Positions 9,759-17,771 of a stretch of DNA of 55,318 nucleotides are shown in pieces (the stretch's first letter is position 1; each line of letters opens with the position of its first letter). Source of the stretch: a bacterium (lineage in GTDB: Bacteria; Zixibacteria; MSB-5A5; GN15; FEB-12); assembly GCA_024230675.1 (NCBI GenBank), contig JAAERE010000079.1:1-55318 (forward strand), given 5' to 3'. The translations under genes and the position numbers were made by a program. The notes under the pieces are model-generated. The model was not told the origin of the DNA. It was given only the letters and a program-made list of their open reading frames with translations, and made no database searches.

Positions 9759-11396
9759 CTACTTGCGGTCCTTCTTTTTTGAGCTGCTGCTCTTGGAGCC
9801 CGAACTGCTCTCGGTCGCTTTCGAGGATCCCCCCGACTTCTTGGGACTGGAGGACTTCACCTTGCTGCCGCTGGAGCTCTTGGTGGAGGATGACTTAGTG
9901 GACTTCTTCGGGGTCGACTTCACCGTGCCGGAAGACTTGTTTGAGCTGGACTGTTTCTTATAGGAGCTCTTACTGCCGCTCTTACTGCTACTTGTGCCAC
10001 TGCTCTTGCTGCTTGATGAAGACTTGCTCTGACTCTTGACCGTGTTGCTCGAGCTGCCGGATTTGGACGAGCTTTTCACCGAGCTGCTTCGTTTGCTGGA
10101 GCTGCCCGACTTCTTCTGATAGTATCCGGAGGAACTCGAGGACTTGTTGCCGCTCGTGTTCTTGTAAGACCCGCTGTTCGTCTTGCTCGACTTCGTGCCG
10201 GTCGATTTGCTGCTCGAACCCGTAGTTGTCCGCGTCACCGAAGTCTGAGTGCGGCTGGTGCTCCCGGTCCGGGTTTTTGTGGTTTTGGTACCAACCACCG
10301 CCGATGAGGCGTCGGTCTCGTAGCCGCGATCGGTCTTGACCATCTTTGTTGAACCGCGAACATACTTCCGGGCGGCGTTGCTGACCACTGTGTTGTTCTT
10401 GACGGTGGTCTTCGAGGTCGACTTGTTAACCACCTTGGTGTTATTGACGGTTACATTGTTGTTGATGACCGTTTTGCTCTTGAAATTGGGATAGCCGCTC
10501 TTGACGGGGTCCCGATATCCGGCCAGGCGAACCTCTTTGTACTTGGACTTCACGGTGGACGAGGTCCTGATCACCGCCCGGTCGAACACAACCGTGTTGT
10601 AGCGACTGACGTGGAAGTCGGATTCCCAGCAATGACCGTAGTGATCGTAGATTGTCACCACATGCCAGCCGACCGATATCCTGGGGACGTAGAGCGGAGC
10701 ACAGCCCCAGTAAATGCCGTTGACGTAGATCGAGGAGCCGAAAGGATAGTCTATGTAGGCGTTGCCGTAGACCGTCCAACTCGGATAATAGGGCCGGTAG
10801 ACCGGCCGGTAATAATCCTGCTCCCATTCGTTGACGTAGATTACCGCCCGATCGTAGGCGAATCTCTGCCCGCTATAGCGCACAAAGTGATTGGCGTTCA
10901 AAAAGTCCATGTACTCGGCCCGATCGTCCCAATCGCACACCAGTCCGGAATTGCGGTACCAGTTGGGAACGGCAAATCGCTCTCGCGAGGCGACAATCTG
11001 GATGTTCTCGAAACCCTCAGGACCGTTTATCTCCAGATCATAGTCGGCGTCCTCGCCGGGCAGGCTGTAGGTCACACCGCCCCGGACATAGTTGTCCTCG
11101 GTCGGGTCGGCTGGAAAGAGGAGGTTCACCCGGCCGCGCGTGTCGATCGAATAGATCGATACGAAGGCGTCCCGGCTGGCCCGGAAGTAAACGACGATAT
11201 TGTCGCCGCTGTAATACTCACCGTCGTAATGATCGGTCCACACTTCGACATCAAGGTGGCGGTCGATCTTGACCCGTTCGTAATCGACCTCGCCGTACTC
11301 GTTGTCACGCTCTATCGACTGGGCCTGGCCGACGATCGCGCCGGCGAAGATAGCCAGGAAGGCCATCAGACTGGTTATGATCGTTTTCCGTAGCAT
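9759..11396 (-). CDS. Secreted DUF4384-like / PEGA-like protein with ~250-aa Ser/Lys/Thr-rich disordered C-terminal tail
   Basis: 545 aa. Signal peptide ...AIVGQAQS. DVEVWTDHYDGEYYSGDNIVVYFRASRDAFVSIYSIDTRGRVNLLFP resembles DUF4384. IYVNGIYWGCAPLYVPRISVGWHVVTIYD resembles PEGA. The tail is KSSSSSKSSGTSSSKSGSKSS-type. Confidence 0.7.
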   Translation of the reverse strand: MLRKTIITSLMAFLAIFAGAIVGQAQSIERDNEYGEVDYERVKIDRHLDVEVWTDHYDGEYYSGDNIVVYFRASRDAFVSIYSIDTRGRVNLLFPADPTEDNYVRGGVTYSLPGEDADYDLEINGPEGFENIQIVASRERFAVPNWYRNSGLVCDWDDRAEYMDFLNANHFVRYSGQRFAYDRAVIYVNEWEQDYYRPVYRPYYPSWTVYGNAYIDYPFGSSIYVNGIYWGCAPLYVPRISVGWHVVTIYDHYGHCWESDFHVSRYNTVVFDRAVIRTSSTVKSKYKEVRLAGYRDPVKSGYPNFKSKTVINNNVTVNNTKVVNKSTSKTTVKNNTVVSNAARKYVRGSTKMVKTDRGYETDASSAVVGTKTTKTRTGSTSRTQTSVTRTTTGSSSKSTGTKSSKTNSGSYKNTSGNKSSSSSGYYQKKSGSSSKRSSSVKSSSKSGSSSNTVKSQSKSSSSSKSSGTSSSKSGSKSSYKKQSSSNKSSGTVKSTPKKSTKSSSTKSSSGSKVKSSSPKKSGGSSKATESSSGSKSSSSKKKDRK

Positions 11397-11418
11397 CTTT
11401 CACTCTCCTTAATCGGAC

Positions 11419-12294
11419 CTATTTAATCGGCAGCGTCGGCCGCGGTTTCACGTAATCGTCACCGTGCTCCGGCTTCTGATCAACCGAGGGAGCCAGTTCG
11501 AGATTACCCTGATCGGTCTGGTAGGCCCATTCGAAGGTCACCGAATTGAGACCGCCCACACCGGTGTTAAACGACAGAGCGCGCATCTTGGCAAAATGAT
11601 TGTCAGCCGTCCAGATCACATACGTGTGCCCCAGAACTATCTCAACATAGCCCAGTTCAGACCAACCGAATTCGGGGGACCAGCCTATGCCGTCGAAGTC
11701 GTTCGTGAAGCCCATGTCCTGAATGTCTGTATCGATATTCCCGACGTTCAGGTAAGGGATGCCATCGAGATCGCGGTCCATCCAGACATCGGCCGCAGTG
11801 CTCGTATCGGGAACGTTGGCGTGAGCCCCCAGATTGAACCCGGCCAGAGCCGGCGTGTCGTCGTTGAAGAAAATAGAGGCCTGACCATCGGGGCGCGGCG
11901 TATCAAAAACATCCTCGGCCGAGAGATCCGACTCCTGCCCCGCCCGATCGACAGCCGTTACGGCGTACCAGTAGGTCGTGCCGTTGTCGGCGTCATCGTC
12001 AGCGTACTGATAGATTATGAGATCAAGGTTGGAATTGCTCTGAGCGTCTACCACAGCAATTTCCTCGTAGCCGGTGACCGCGTCCAGCGAACGATAAACA
12101 ACGTATTCGTCTACATCTCGCTCATAAATGCCGTTCCAGAAGACGTAGACAGCATCATCGCCGGTTATGCTAAAAACGCCCTGGGGAGAGGCCGGAATCG
12201 GATCGGGGTCTAAAACAACATTGTCGTCGTCGTCGCACCCCACCAAACCGAGGGCCAGAAGCATCAACATTAGCGATACGAACTTGAGTTTCAT
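11419..12294 (-). CDS. Lipoprotein with fibronectin-type-III-like domain
   Basis: I moved the start to the ATG at 12294. It is preceded by AGGAGA and gives MKLKFVSLMLMLLALGLVGC (lipobox LVGC). The track ORF start at 12456 would add 54 non-signal residues. FN3-like YVFWNG...YVVYRS...GTTYWYAVTAVDRAGQES. Confidence 0.7.
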   Translation of the reverse strand: MKLKFVSLMLMLLALGLVGCDDDDNVVLDPDPIPASPQGVFSITGDDAVYVFWNGIYERDVDEYVVYRSLDAVTGYEEIAVVDAQSNSNLDLIIYQYADDDADNGTTYWYAVTAVDRAGQESDLSAEDVFDTPRPDGQASIFFNDDTPALAGFNLGAHANVPDTSTAADVWMDRDLDGIPYLNVGNIDTDIQDMGFTNDFDGIGWSPEFGWSELGYVEIVLGHTYVIWTADNHFAKMRALSFNTGVGGLNSVTFEWAYQTDQGNLELAPSVDQKPEHGDDYVKPRPTLPIK

Positions 12295-12340
12295 TTTCAG
12301 TCTCCTTACCGAATTACATCGTTTTACTGTCAAAGGGTTA

Positions 12341-12356
12341 ATCAACTGTCGTGCCG
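12341..12356 (-). promoter_or_regulatory. Sigma-54-type -24/-12 promoter candidate upstream of the lipoprotein operon
   Basis: Minus strand reads cGGCACGacagTTGAt, against the consensus TGGCACG-N4-TTGCW. The GGCACG core and spacing are exact, but the -12 C is replaced by A. It lies 47 nt upstream of the ATG at 12294. Confidence 0.4.
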
Positions 12357-12420
12357 AGACGCATAACAGACGCTGCCACACCAGATTACTAGAATTGGAC
12401 GGACGGAGCCCGAGCTCTGA

Positions 12421-12464
12421 CGCACAGAATTTGTGCGTTCGACCATCGAGCCGCACAAATTCTG
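12421..12464. promoter_or_regulatory. Inverted-repeat cluster (three CGCACA/TGTGCG hexamers; 13-bp perfect arms CAGAATTTGTGCG / CGCACAAATTCTG separated by 14 nt); candidate enhancer-binding-protein site or atypical terminator
   Basis: Read directly: CGCACAGAATTTGTGCG-ttcgaccatcgagc-CGCACAAATTCTG. It starts 12 nt after the response-regulator stop and lies about 65-110 bp upstream of the -24/-12 candidate. No U-tract follows it. Confidence 0.35.
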
Positions 12465-12475
12465 GTCGGATTCTA

Positions 12476-13825
12476 CTAGTGTCGAATGAGCTGGTAGTCC
12501 TTGATTTTGGCTCTTAGCGTATTGCGGTGAATTCCGAGCTTTTCAGAAGTCAGACTGAGGTTCCAATCAAGCTGGTCCAGGCAGAGCCTGATATGATCTC
12601 GCTCGACCTCCGAAAGGGGCCTAACCCGCCCGCCGGCGCCCGGGGAAGAAAGCCCCGAAATGCCGCCGAGATCATCCGGCGTGAGAAACCGGGTATTGGT
12701 CAATACCAGGGCGCGCTCGATAATATTCTCCAGTTCGCGAACATTGCCGGGCCATGAGTATTTGGTGAGAAGCGCGGCCGCCTCGCTGTCGAGTCCGGCA
12801 ACCTCCTTGCCCACTCTCTTGGCGTGCTTTTCGATGAATTTCTCGGCCAGCAGGAGAACATCGCCGGTTCTCTCTTTCAGAGGAGGCAGGTGCAATTGGA
12901 TAACGTTCAGCCTGTAGAAGAGGTCCTCGCGGAATTTGCCGGCTTCGACCATCTTTTTGATATCCCGGTTGGTGGCGGCCAGCACCCGGATATCCAGCGA
13001 AATCTCTTTGACCGAACCCAGCCTCTCGATCCGCCGTTCCTCCAGAACTCGCAACAGCTTGACCTGCATGGTAAGCGGCATCTCACCTATTTCATCGAGA
13101 AAAAGCGTCCCGCCGTCGGCCAGTTCGAAACGTCCCTGCTTGGCTCGATCGGCACCGGTAAAAGCCCCCCGTTCGTAGCCAAACAGTTCGGATTCCAGAA
13201 GCGTGTCGGGGAATGCGGCGCAGTTGATAGCCACCAGCCTCTTGTCGGCGCGGTCGGAAATAGCGTGAATCGCACGGGCCACCAGTTCCTTGCCGGTGCC
13301 CGAGGGACCGGTGATAAGAACCGTCGCTTCGCGGGGGGCCACCAGGGTAATCATCTTCTTGATCTGCTGAATGGCCGGGCTTTCACCGATTATCTCCGAC
13401 GATGGGAAAATCTCCGTCAACCTCTCCGTCATCACACGATTGTCAACCACCAGGCGGTTCTGAGCGGCGGCCTTGTCGAGCTTCATAAGGAGCTCTTCGA
13501 GGTCCTCAACCGGCTTGGTCAAATAGTCATAGGCCCCGGCCCGCATCGCTCCCACGGCCGACTCCACCGATCCAAAGGCCGTTAGAACGATCACCTGAAT
13601 AAACGGGTTGACCTCGCGAAGTCGCCGCAGCAATTCCATACCGTCCATGCCGGGCATCTTCATGTCAATCAGAGCCAGCGGTGAAAAAACCGAATGGTAC
13701 TGTTCCAGCGCATCCTCGCCGGACTCGGCTTCCGTAACCTTATATCCCTTGTCGGTCAGAAAGCCCGCCAGCAGGGCCCGCTGACCGGCCTCGTCATCGA
13801 CTATGAGCAGTTTGGGACGATCCAT
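12476..13825 (-). CDS. Sigma-54-dependent response regulator (REC - AAA+ sigma-54 interaction domain - Fis-type HTH), NtrC family
   Basis: 449 aa. Receiver [13 protein letters not shown], Walker [17 protein letters not shown] (the GAFTGA loop), and C-terminal [21 protein letters not shown]. Confidence 0.93.
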   Translation of the reverse strand: MDRPKLLIVDDEAGQRALLAGFLTDKGYKVTEAESGEDALEQYHSVFSPLALIDMKMPGMDGMELLRRLREVNPFIQVIVLTAFGSVESAVGAMRAGAYDYLTKPVEDLEELLMKLDKAAAQNRLVVDNRVMTERLTEIFPSSEIIGESPAIQQIKKMITLVAPREATVLITGPSGTGKELVARAIHAISDRADKRLVAINCAAFPDTLLESELFGYERGAFTGADRAKQGRFELADGGTLFLDEIGEMPLTMQVKLLRVLEERRIERLGSVKEISLDIRVLAATNRDIKKMVEAGKFREDLFYRLNVIQLHLPPLKERTGDVLLLAEKFIEKHAKRVGKEVAGLDSEAAALLTKYSWPGNVRELENIIERALVLTNTRFLTPDDLGGISGLSSPGAGGRVRPLSEVERDHIRLCLDQLDWNLSLTSEKLGIHRNTLRAKIKDYQLIRH

Positions 13826-13861
13826 GTGATGAACCTAAGGGCGCTGTCGTTCGGGGGCAAT

Positions 13862-13890
13862 AAAAAAGGCCTGCCGAAAAACGACAGGCC
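13862..13890 (-). terminator. Rho-independent terminator after the outer-membrane barrel gene
   Basis: Minus-strand RNA GGCCUGUCG-UUUUU-CGGCAGGCC (9 bp including one G-U pair) followed by UUUUUU. Confidence 0.75.
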
Positions 13891-13910
13891 CCTATAATCA
13901 TTACTGAGTG

Positions 13911-14627
13911 CTATTCATCGGAACCGAAGAACACCTTAATTCCGGCGTGGAAGTCGAGCGTCGAGGCCGTCTCGCCGAAAACGTACGGTCCGGCATTGCC
14001 ATAGTCGCTCTTGACCTCAGAGGTCAGACCATGATGATAGTTGACCTCCAGGAAAAGACCACCATAATCGTGAGTGTAGTAAAAAAGACCTGCTCCGGCG
14101 CCGAAGGCAAAACCGGGGTCATATGAAAGTTCGCGATATTCGAAGCCGCCCTCGTTGGTGTCAAAGACTCTGGTTGTATACTTTACGATATCGAGACCTG
14201 CATGCCCTTTGACATAAGGCACCAGGGCAGATTCGCCGGCGAAGTAGTACTTCAGGTAGGCACTGGGACTATAAATGCGATGATGACGCGACTCGATCAA
14301 CGGCAGATCGGCGGCGTTGGGCACGTCAGGATCTATGGTGTACTGCGAGGCTGTGATATTGAAACCCAGCACCATGTTGGCGGTCAGGAAATATCCAACT
14401 TCGATGCCGAAGTTGAAGCCCATCTCGGTTCCCAACTGATACTGTACGCTATCGCTGGTCAGCCCCCAGTCACTAAGGCCGCCCATGGGAAGGGATCCGC
14501 CAAAAAACAGGGCCGCTTCCATGAAGTCTTTTTCAATTTCTTCTTCTTCGTCTTGAGCGATAACAGGAACATTGACACAAACAGATAACAACAGCAGAAC
14601 TGCCAGCACAGAAGAGAGTTTTTTCAT
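13911..14627 (-). CDS. Small outer-membrane beta-barrel protein (OmpA-barrel/OmpW-like class)
   Basis: 238 aa. Signal peptide MKKLSSVLAVLLLLSVCVNVPVIAQ. Alternating aromatic and Gly-rich amphipathic strands (FGIEVGYF, GFAFGAGAGLFYY, LFLEVNYHH, LDFHAGIKVFF). Confidence 0.7.
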   Translation of the reverse strand: MKKLSSVLAVLLLLSVCVNVPVIAQDEEEEIEKDFMEAALFFGGSLPMGGLSDWGLTSDSVQYQLGTEMGFNFGIEVGYFLTANMVLGFNITASQYTIDPDVPNAADLPLIESRHHRIYSPSAYLKYYFAGESALVPYVKGHAGLDIVKYTTRVFDTNEGGFEYRELSYDPGFAFGAGAGLFYYTHDYGGLFLEVNYHHGLTSEVKSDYGNAGPYVFGETASTLDFHAGIKVFFGSDE

Positions 14628-14717
14628 CGCCGCATCCTTAACAAAATCGATTGCCCATAATAGTTGTCATACCGCCGAAACGAACGGAATGCCTTCTCGA
14701 CCGCACACAAAGCGAGA

Positions 14718-14746
14718 AGATAATCAAACATAAGACGCCTTGTCAA
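14718..14746 (-). promoter_or_regulatory. Sigma-70-like promoter candidate for the outer-membrane barrel gene
   Basis: Minus strand reads TTGACA (14746-14741), a 17-nt spacer, then TTATCT (14723-14718). The -10 element is weak. Confidence 0.3.
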
Positions 14747-14854
14747 CAGCTTATATTTAGTCCAATTTAGAGGATCAGCGCATCTTTTGGATCATGTCCG
14801 GGCCGTTTCGGCCAGACAGCCGAGCTCCTGCGCAGGCCTCCCTCAAAAAACAGG

Positions 14855-14882
14855 TTGAATTCCAAAGGTATTCTTGTATAAT
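14855..14882 (+). promoter_or_regulatory. Sigma-70-like promoter candidate for purD-purE
   Basis: TTGAAT (14855-14860), a 16-nt spacer, then TATAAT (14877-14882). It lies 30 nt upstream of the purD ATG. Confidence 0.5.
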
Positions 14883-14912
14883 TTCAGACTTCAACCCCAA
14901 GTGTGGAAACGT

Positions 14913-16187
14913 ATGAAAGTTCTAGTAATCGGTTCCGGCGGTCGCGAACATGCCATCGTCTGGAAATTAAAGCAGTCCAAGAAAGTCAAGCAGATCTACT
15001 GTGCCCCCGGCAACGGTGGAATGTCCAGGGCAATCAAGTGCGTCAACATCAAGGCCGACGGCGTCAAAGCGCTGGCGAATTTCGCCTCCCGCAACAAGAT
15101 CGGTCTGACGGTAGTGGGGCCGGAGCAACCGCTGGCGAAAGGCATCGTAGACGAATTTCAGAAACGTAAACTTCGGGTCTTCGGCCCGGAGAAGCGTGCG
15201 GCCCAATTGGAAAGCTCCAAGGTATTCGCCAAGGAGTTCATGCAGAAGTACCACATCCCGACGGCGCCGTTTCGAGTTTTCGACAACATCACCGACGCCG
15301 TGAGTTTCTGCAAGGTAATTGAGTATCCGGCGGTCATCAAGGCCGATGGTCTGGCTGCGGGCAAGGGTGTGATTGTCGTTGACAATTTCAAGGCGGCCGG
15401 CGAGACCATCGAGAGCATTTTCGACGGCAAGCGCTTCGGCGAAGCCGGTTCACGGATCGTCGTCGAGTCGTTCCTTCGGGGACAGGAAGTCTCGGTCATG
15501 GCTATTACCGATGGCAAGACTGTTATCCCAATGCTGCCCAGTCAGGACCATAAGCAGGCCTACGAGGGCGACAAGGGGCCGAATACCGGTGGCATGGGGG
15601 CCTATTGTCCGGCCGGAATTCTCACCGACAATCTCGCTCAGCAGGTGCGTCAGTTTATCCTCTCCCCTACCATCGCCGGGCTGCGCCAGGAGAACATCAA
15701 CTACCGGGGCGTTTTGTACGCCGGGTTGATGCTTACCGAGCAGGGACCGAAAGTCCTGGAATTCAACTGCCGTTTCGGCGACCCGGAGACCCAGGTGGTC
15801 CTCCCCATGCTCAAGTCCGACCTGGTAGAGATAATGCAGGCGGTTGTTGACCGGCGGCTGGACAAAATCAAGAAATTCGAATGGCACAAAGGGGCGGCCG
15901 CGTGCGTCATCATGGCGTCCAAGGGATATCCCGGCAGCTACAAGTCCGGCCAAAGGATCACGGGTTTGCAGCATCTGAAGAATGAGGGCGGCTACGTCTT
16001 CCACGCCGGAACCAAGCGAGAACAGAACCATCTGGTGACTGCAGGTGGCCGGGTGTTGGGCGTCATGGGGCGCGATACTAACCTGAAAGGCGCCCTGCAG
16101 AAAGCCTATCGGGTCATCGACCAGATCAAATACGAGGGCGCCACGTTCCGACGAGATATCGGTTTTCGCGTCCTGGACAAGAAGTGA
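14913..16187 (+). CDS. purD: Phosphoribosylamine--glycine ligase PurD
   Basis: I moved the start to the ATG at 14913 (MKVLVIGSGGREHAIVWKL). The track start at 14874 is a TTG inside the promoter. ATP-grasp motifs are present, plus GDPETQVVLP. Confidence 0.93.
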   Translation: MKVLVIGSGGREHAIVWKLKQSKKVKQIYCAPGNGGMSRAIKCVNIKADGVKALANFASRNKIGLTVVGPEQPLAKGIVDEFQKRKLRVFGPEKRAAQLESSKVFAKEFMQKYHIPTAPFRVFDNITDAVSFCKVIEYPAVIKADGLAAGKGVIVVDNFKAAGETIESIFDGKRFGEAGSRIVVESFLRGQEVSVMAITDGKTVIPMLPSQDHKQAYEGDKGPNTGGMGAYCPAGILTDNLAQQVRQFILSPTIAGLRQENINYRGVLYAGLMLTEQGPKVLEFNCRFGDPETQVVLPMLKSDLVEIMQAVVDRRLDKIKKFEWHKGAAACVIMASKGYPGSYKSGQRITGLQHLKNEGGYVFHAGTKREQNHLVTAGGRVLGVMGRDTNLKGALQKAYRVIDQIKYEGATFRRDIGFRVLDKK

Positions 16188-16201
16188 AAACAGGAGAAAA
16201 G

Positions 16202-16648
16202 ATGCCCAAAGTACTTATCATAATTGGCTCCAAGTCGGACCAGGAATACGCAGACAAATGTAAGGCCCAGCTGGAATCTCTGGGGATCGACTCGAGCCTC
16301 GAAATCTCGTCGGCTCACCGCCACCCGGAACGGACAGCTGAGTTGACGGGCGGTGCGGAAAAAGCCGGCTTTGACGCCATAATCGCTATGGCCGGTCTGT
16401 CGGCGGCTCTGCCGGGCGCGGCGGCCGCACATTCCAACCTCCCGGTGATCGGTGTGCCCCTTCCGGCAGCTCTGAACGGACTCGATTCTCTTCTTTCAGT
16501 GGTGCAAATGCCTCCCGGTATACCAGTTGGCGCCGTAGCCATCGGCTCACCCGGGGCCAAGAACGCCGCTATTTTGGCCGCCAGAATTCTGGCTCTGAAG
16601 CACCCCGAGATCAAAAAAGCCGTCGCCGAGCACCGGCAATCGCTCTAA
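16202..16648 (+). CDS. purE: N5-carboxyaminoimidazole ribonucleotide mutase PurE
   Basis: Start at the ATG at 16202, preceded by AGGAG. MPKVLIIIGSKSDQEY...SSAHRHPERT...AGLSAALPG...PVIGVPL. Confidence 0.9.
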   Translation: MPKVLIIIGSKSDQEYADKCKAQLESLGIDSSLEISSAHRHPERTAELTGGAEKAGFDAIIAMAGLSAALPGAAAAHSNLPVIGVPLPAALNGLDSLLSVVQMPPGIPVGAVAIGSPGAKNAAILAARILALKHPEIKKAVAEHRQSL

Positions 16649-16718
16649 TTGCCCGGGATCAAATTTAGACTAAGATTGTATTATAAGGTGATAGAGAATC
16701 CATTTGAAAGGAGCTGCG

Positions 16719-17639
16719 ATGATTCGCACTAGTCGACTCAAACTCTTACCTGTCTCGCTTTTGATGGCGCTCGTCCTCATGCTGGGCGGCATTTCTGCCC
16801 TGGCTCAGGATGAAGATCAAGCCAACCAGGCCAAGAAATTATATAACGACGGCATAAAGGCCGCGCAGGAGGGACAACCTGACCTGGCAATCGTGGCTTA
16901 CGAAGGCGCTATCGGCCTCGACCCCGAGTTCATCGACGCCTACCTGAATCTGGGCGCCATCTATTTTGAGCAGAAGAAATATGACGAGGCTCTGGAGATG
17001 TTCCGCACGGCGGTTGACAAGGACGATCAGAACGTGGATGCCTGGGCCAATATCGGGCGCGTAGAGTCGGTCCTGAAACGGACGGTTGAGGCTCAAAGCG
17101 CTTATGAGTCAGCCCTGGCCATAGAGCCCGCCAACGGACAGTTGCTCAAAGAGCTGGGTAAAGTTCTGTACTCGCGCAGCCAATTCCCGGACGCTGTCGA
17201 CAAGTTCACAAAATGCCACGAGGCCGGAGACGGGGATCACGTCTCTTATTACATGCTGGCCAAGGCGTATCAAAAGCAGAGTAAACTTGCTGACGCAATT
17301 GCGGCTCTGAAAAAGTCCATCGAGATCAAGAGCAAGTATTACAATTCGCATTCCTCTCTTGGTTCGATCTATCTGTCTCAGGAGAAGTATCGATCCGCCG
17401 CCGCTGAGTTCAAGGCCGCTCTCGCCGCCGCCCCCAAGCGCGGTTATCGGGCTGCTTATAACTATGCCATCGCGATGGAGACTGCGGACCAGGACAACAT
17501 TGACGCCAATGTCGCCAACTGGAACGCCTATATAAAAATAGCCAAGAACATTCCGAAGGACAAAGATAACGTCGAGATCGCCCGGAAGCATGTCGACGAA
17601 CTCAAGGAGCGCAAGGCAGCGTTGGCCAACGAACTGTAG
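16719..17639 (+). CDS. Secreted tetratricopeptide-repeat protein
   Basis: Start at the ATG at 16719, preceded by AAGGAG. Signal peptide ...LGGISALAQD. Several 34-aa TPR units (AIVAYEGAIGLDPEFIDAYLNLGAIY, EALEMFRTAVDKDDQNVDAWANIG, and others). Confidence 0.8.
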   Translation: MIRTSRLKLLPVSLLMALVLMLGGISALAQDEDQANQAKKLYNDGIKAAQEGQPDLAIVAYEGAIGLDPEFIDAYLNLGAIYFEQKKYDEALEMFRTAVDKDDQNVDAWANIGRVESVLKRTVEAQSAYESALAIEPANGQLLKELGKVLYSRSQFPDAVDKFTKCHEAGDGDHVSYYMLAKAYQKQSKLADAIAALKKSIEIKSKYYNSHSSLGSIYLSQEKYRSAAAEFKAALAAAPKRGYRAAYNYAIAMETADQDNIDANVANWNAYIKIAKNIPKDKDNVEIARKHVDELKERKAALANEL

Positions 17640-17684
17640 AGAGCTGATTATAGTCGGCAGGAATGGGCTCCGCCCAAAACGACG

Positions 17685-17710
17685 AAAGGCCGCCGAATCC
17701 GGCGGCCTTT
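17685..17710. terminator. Bidirectional hairpin between convergent genes
   Basis: AAAGGCCGCCG-AATC-CGGCGGCCTTT, a perfect 11-bp stem. It sits between the plus-strand TPR gene and the minus-strand triple-module gene. Confidence 0.65.
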
Positions 17711-17771
17711 CCTATGGTTAACCCTGCAGGGCAGCAACTTGAATTAAGCCGCCCGGGACCTTGGGCATTGG

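Noticed and set aside
9759-10330. Repetitive-looking nucleotide stretch (AGC/AAG/GCT-rich) that could be mistaken for a tandem repeat or array.
   Set aside because: It has no regular unit or spacer structure. It is the coding sequence of the Ser/Lys-rich tail of the 545-aa protein and stays in one open frame.
12295-12456. The 5'-extended versions of several track ORFs: 11419..12456, 31521..32651, 34123..34908, 14874..16187, 16184..16648, 16704..17639, 43634..45499, 22320..22622.
   Set aside because: In each case an internal ATG or GTG has a proper Shine-Dalgarno sequence. It also gives a canonical signal peptide, lipobox or family N-terminus. The extensions overlap upstream genes or promoters and start at weak TTG or GTG codons.
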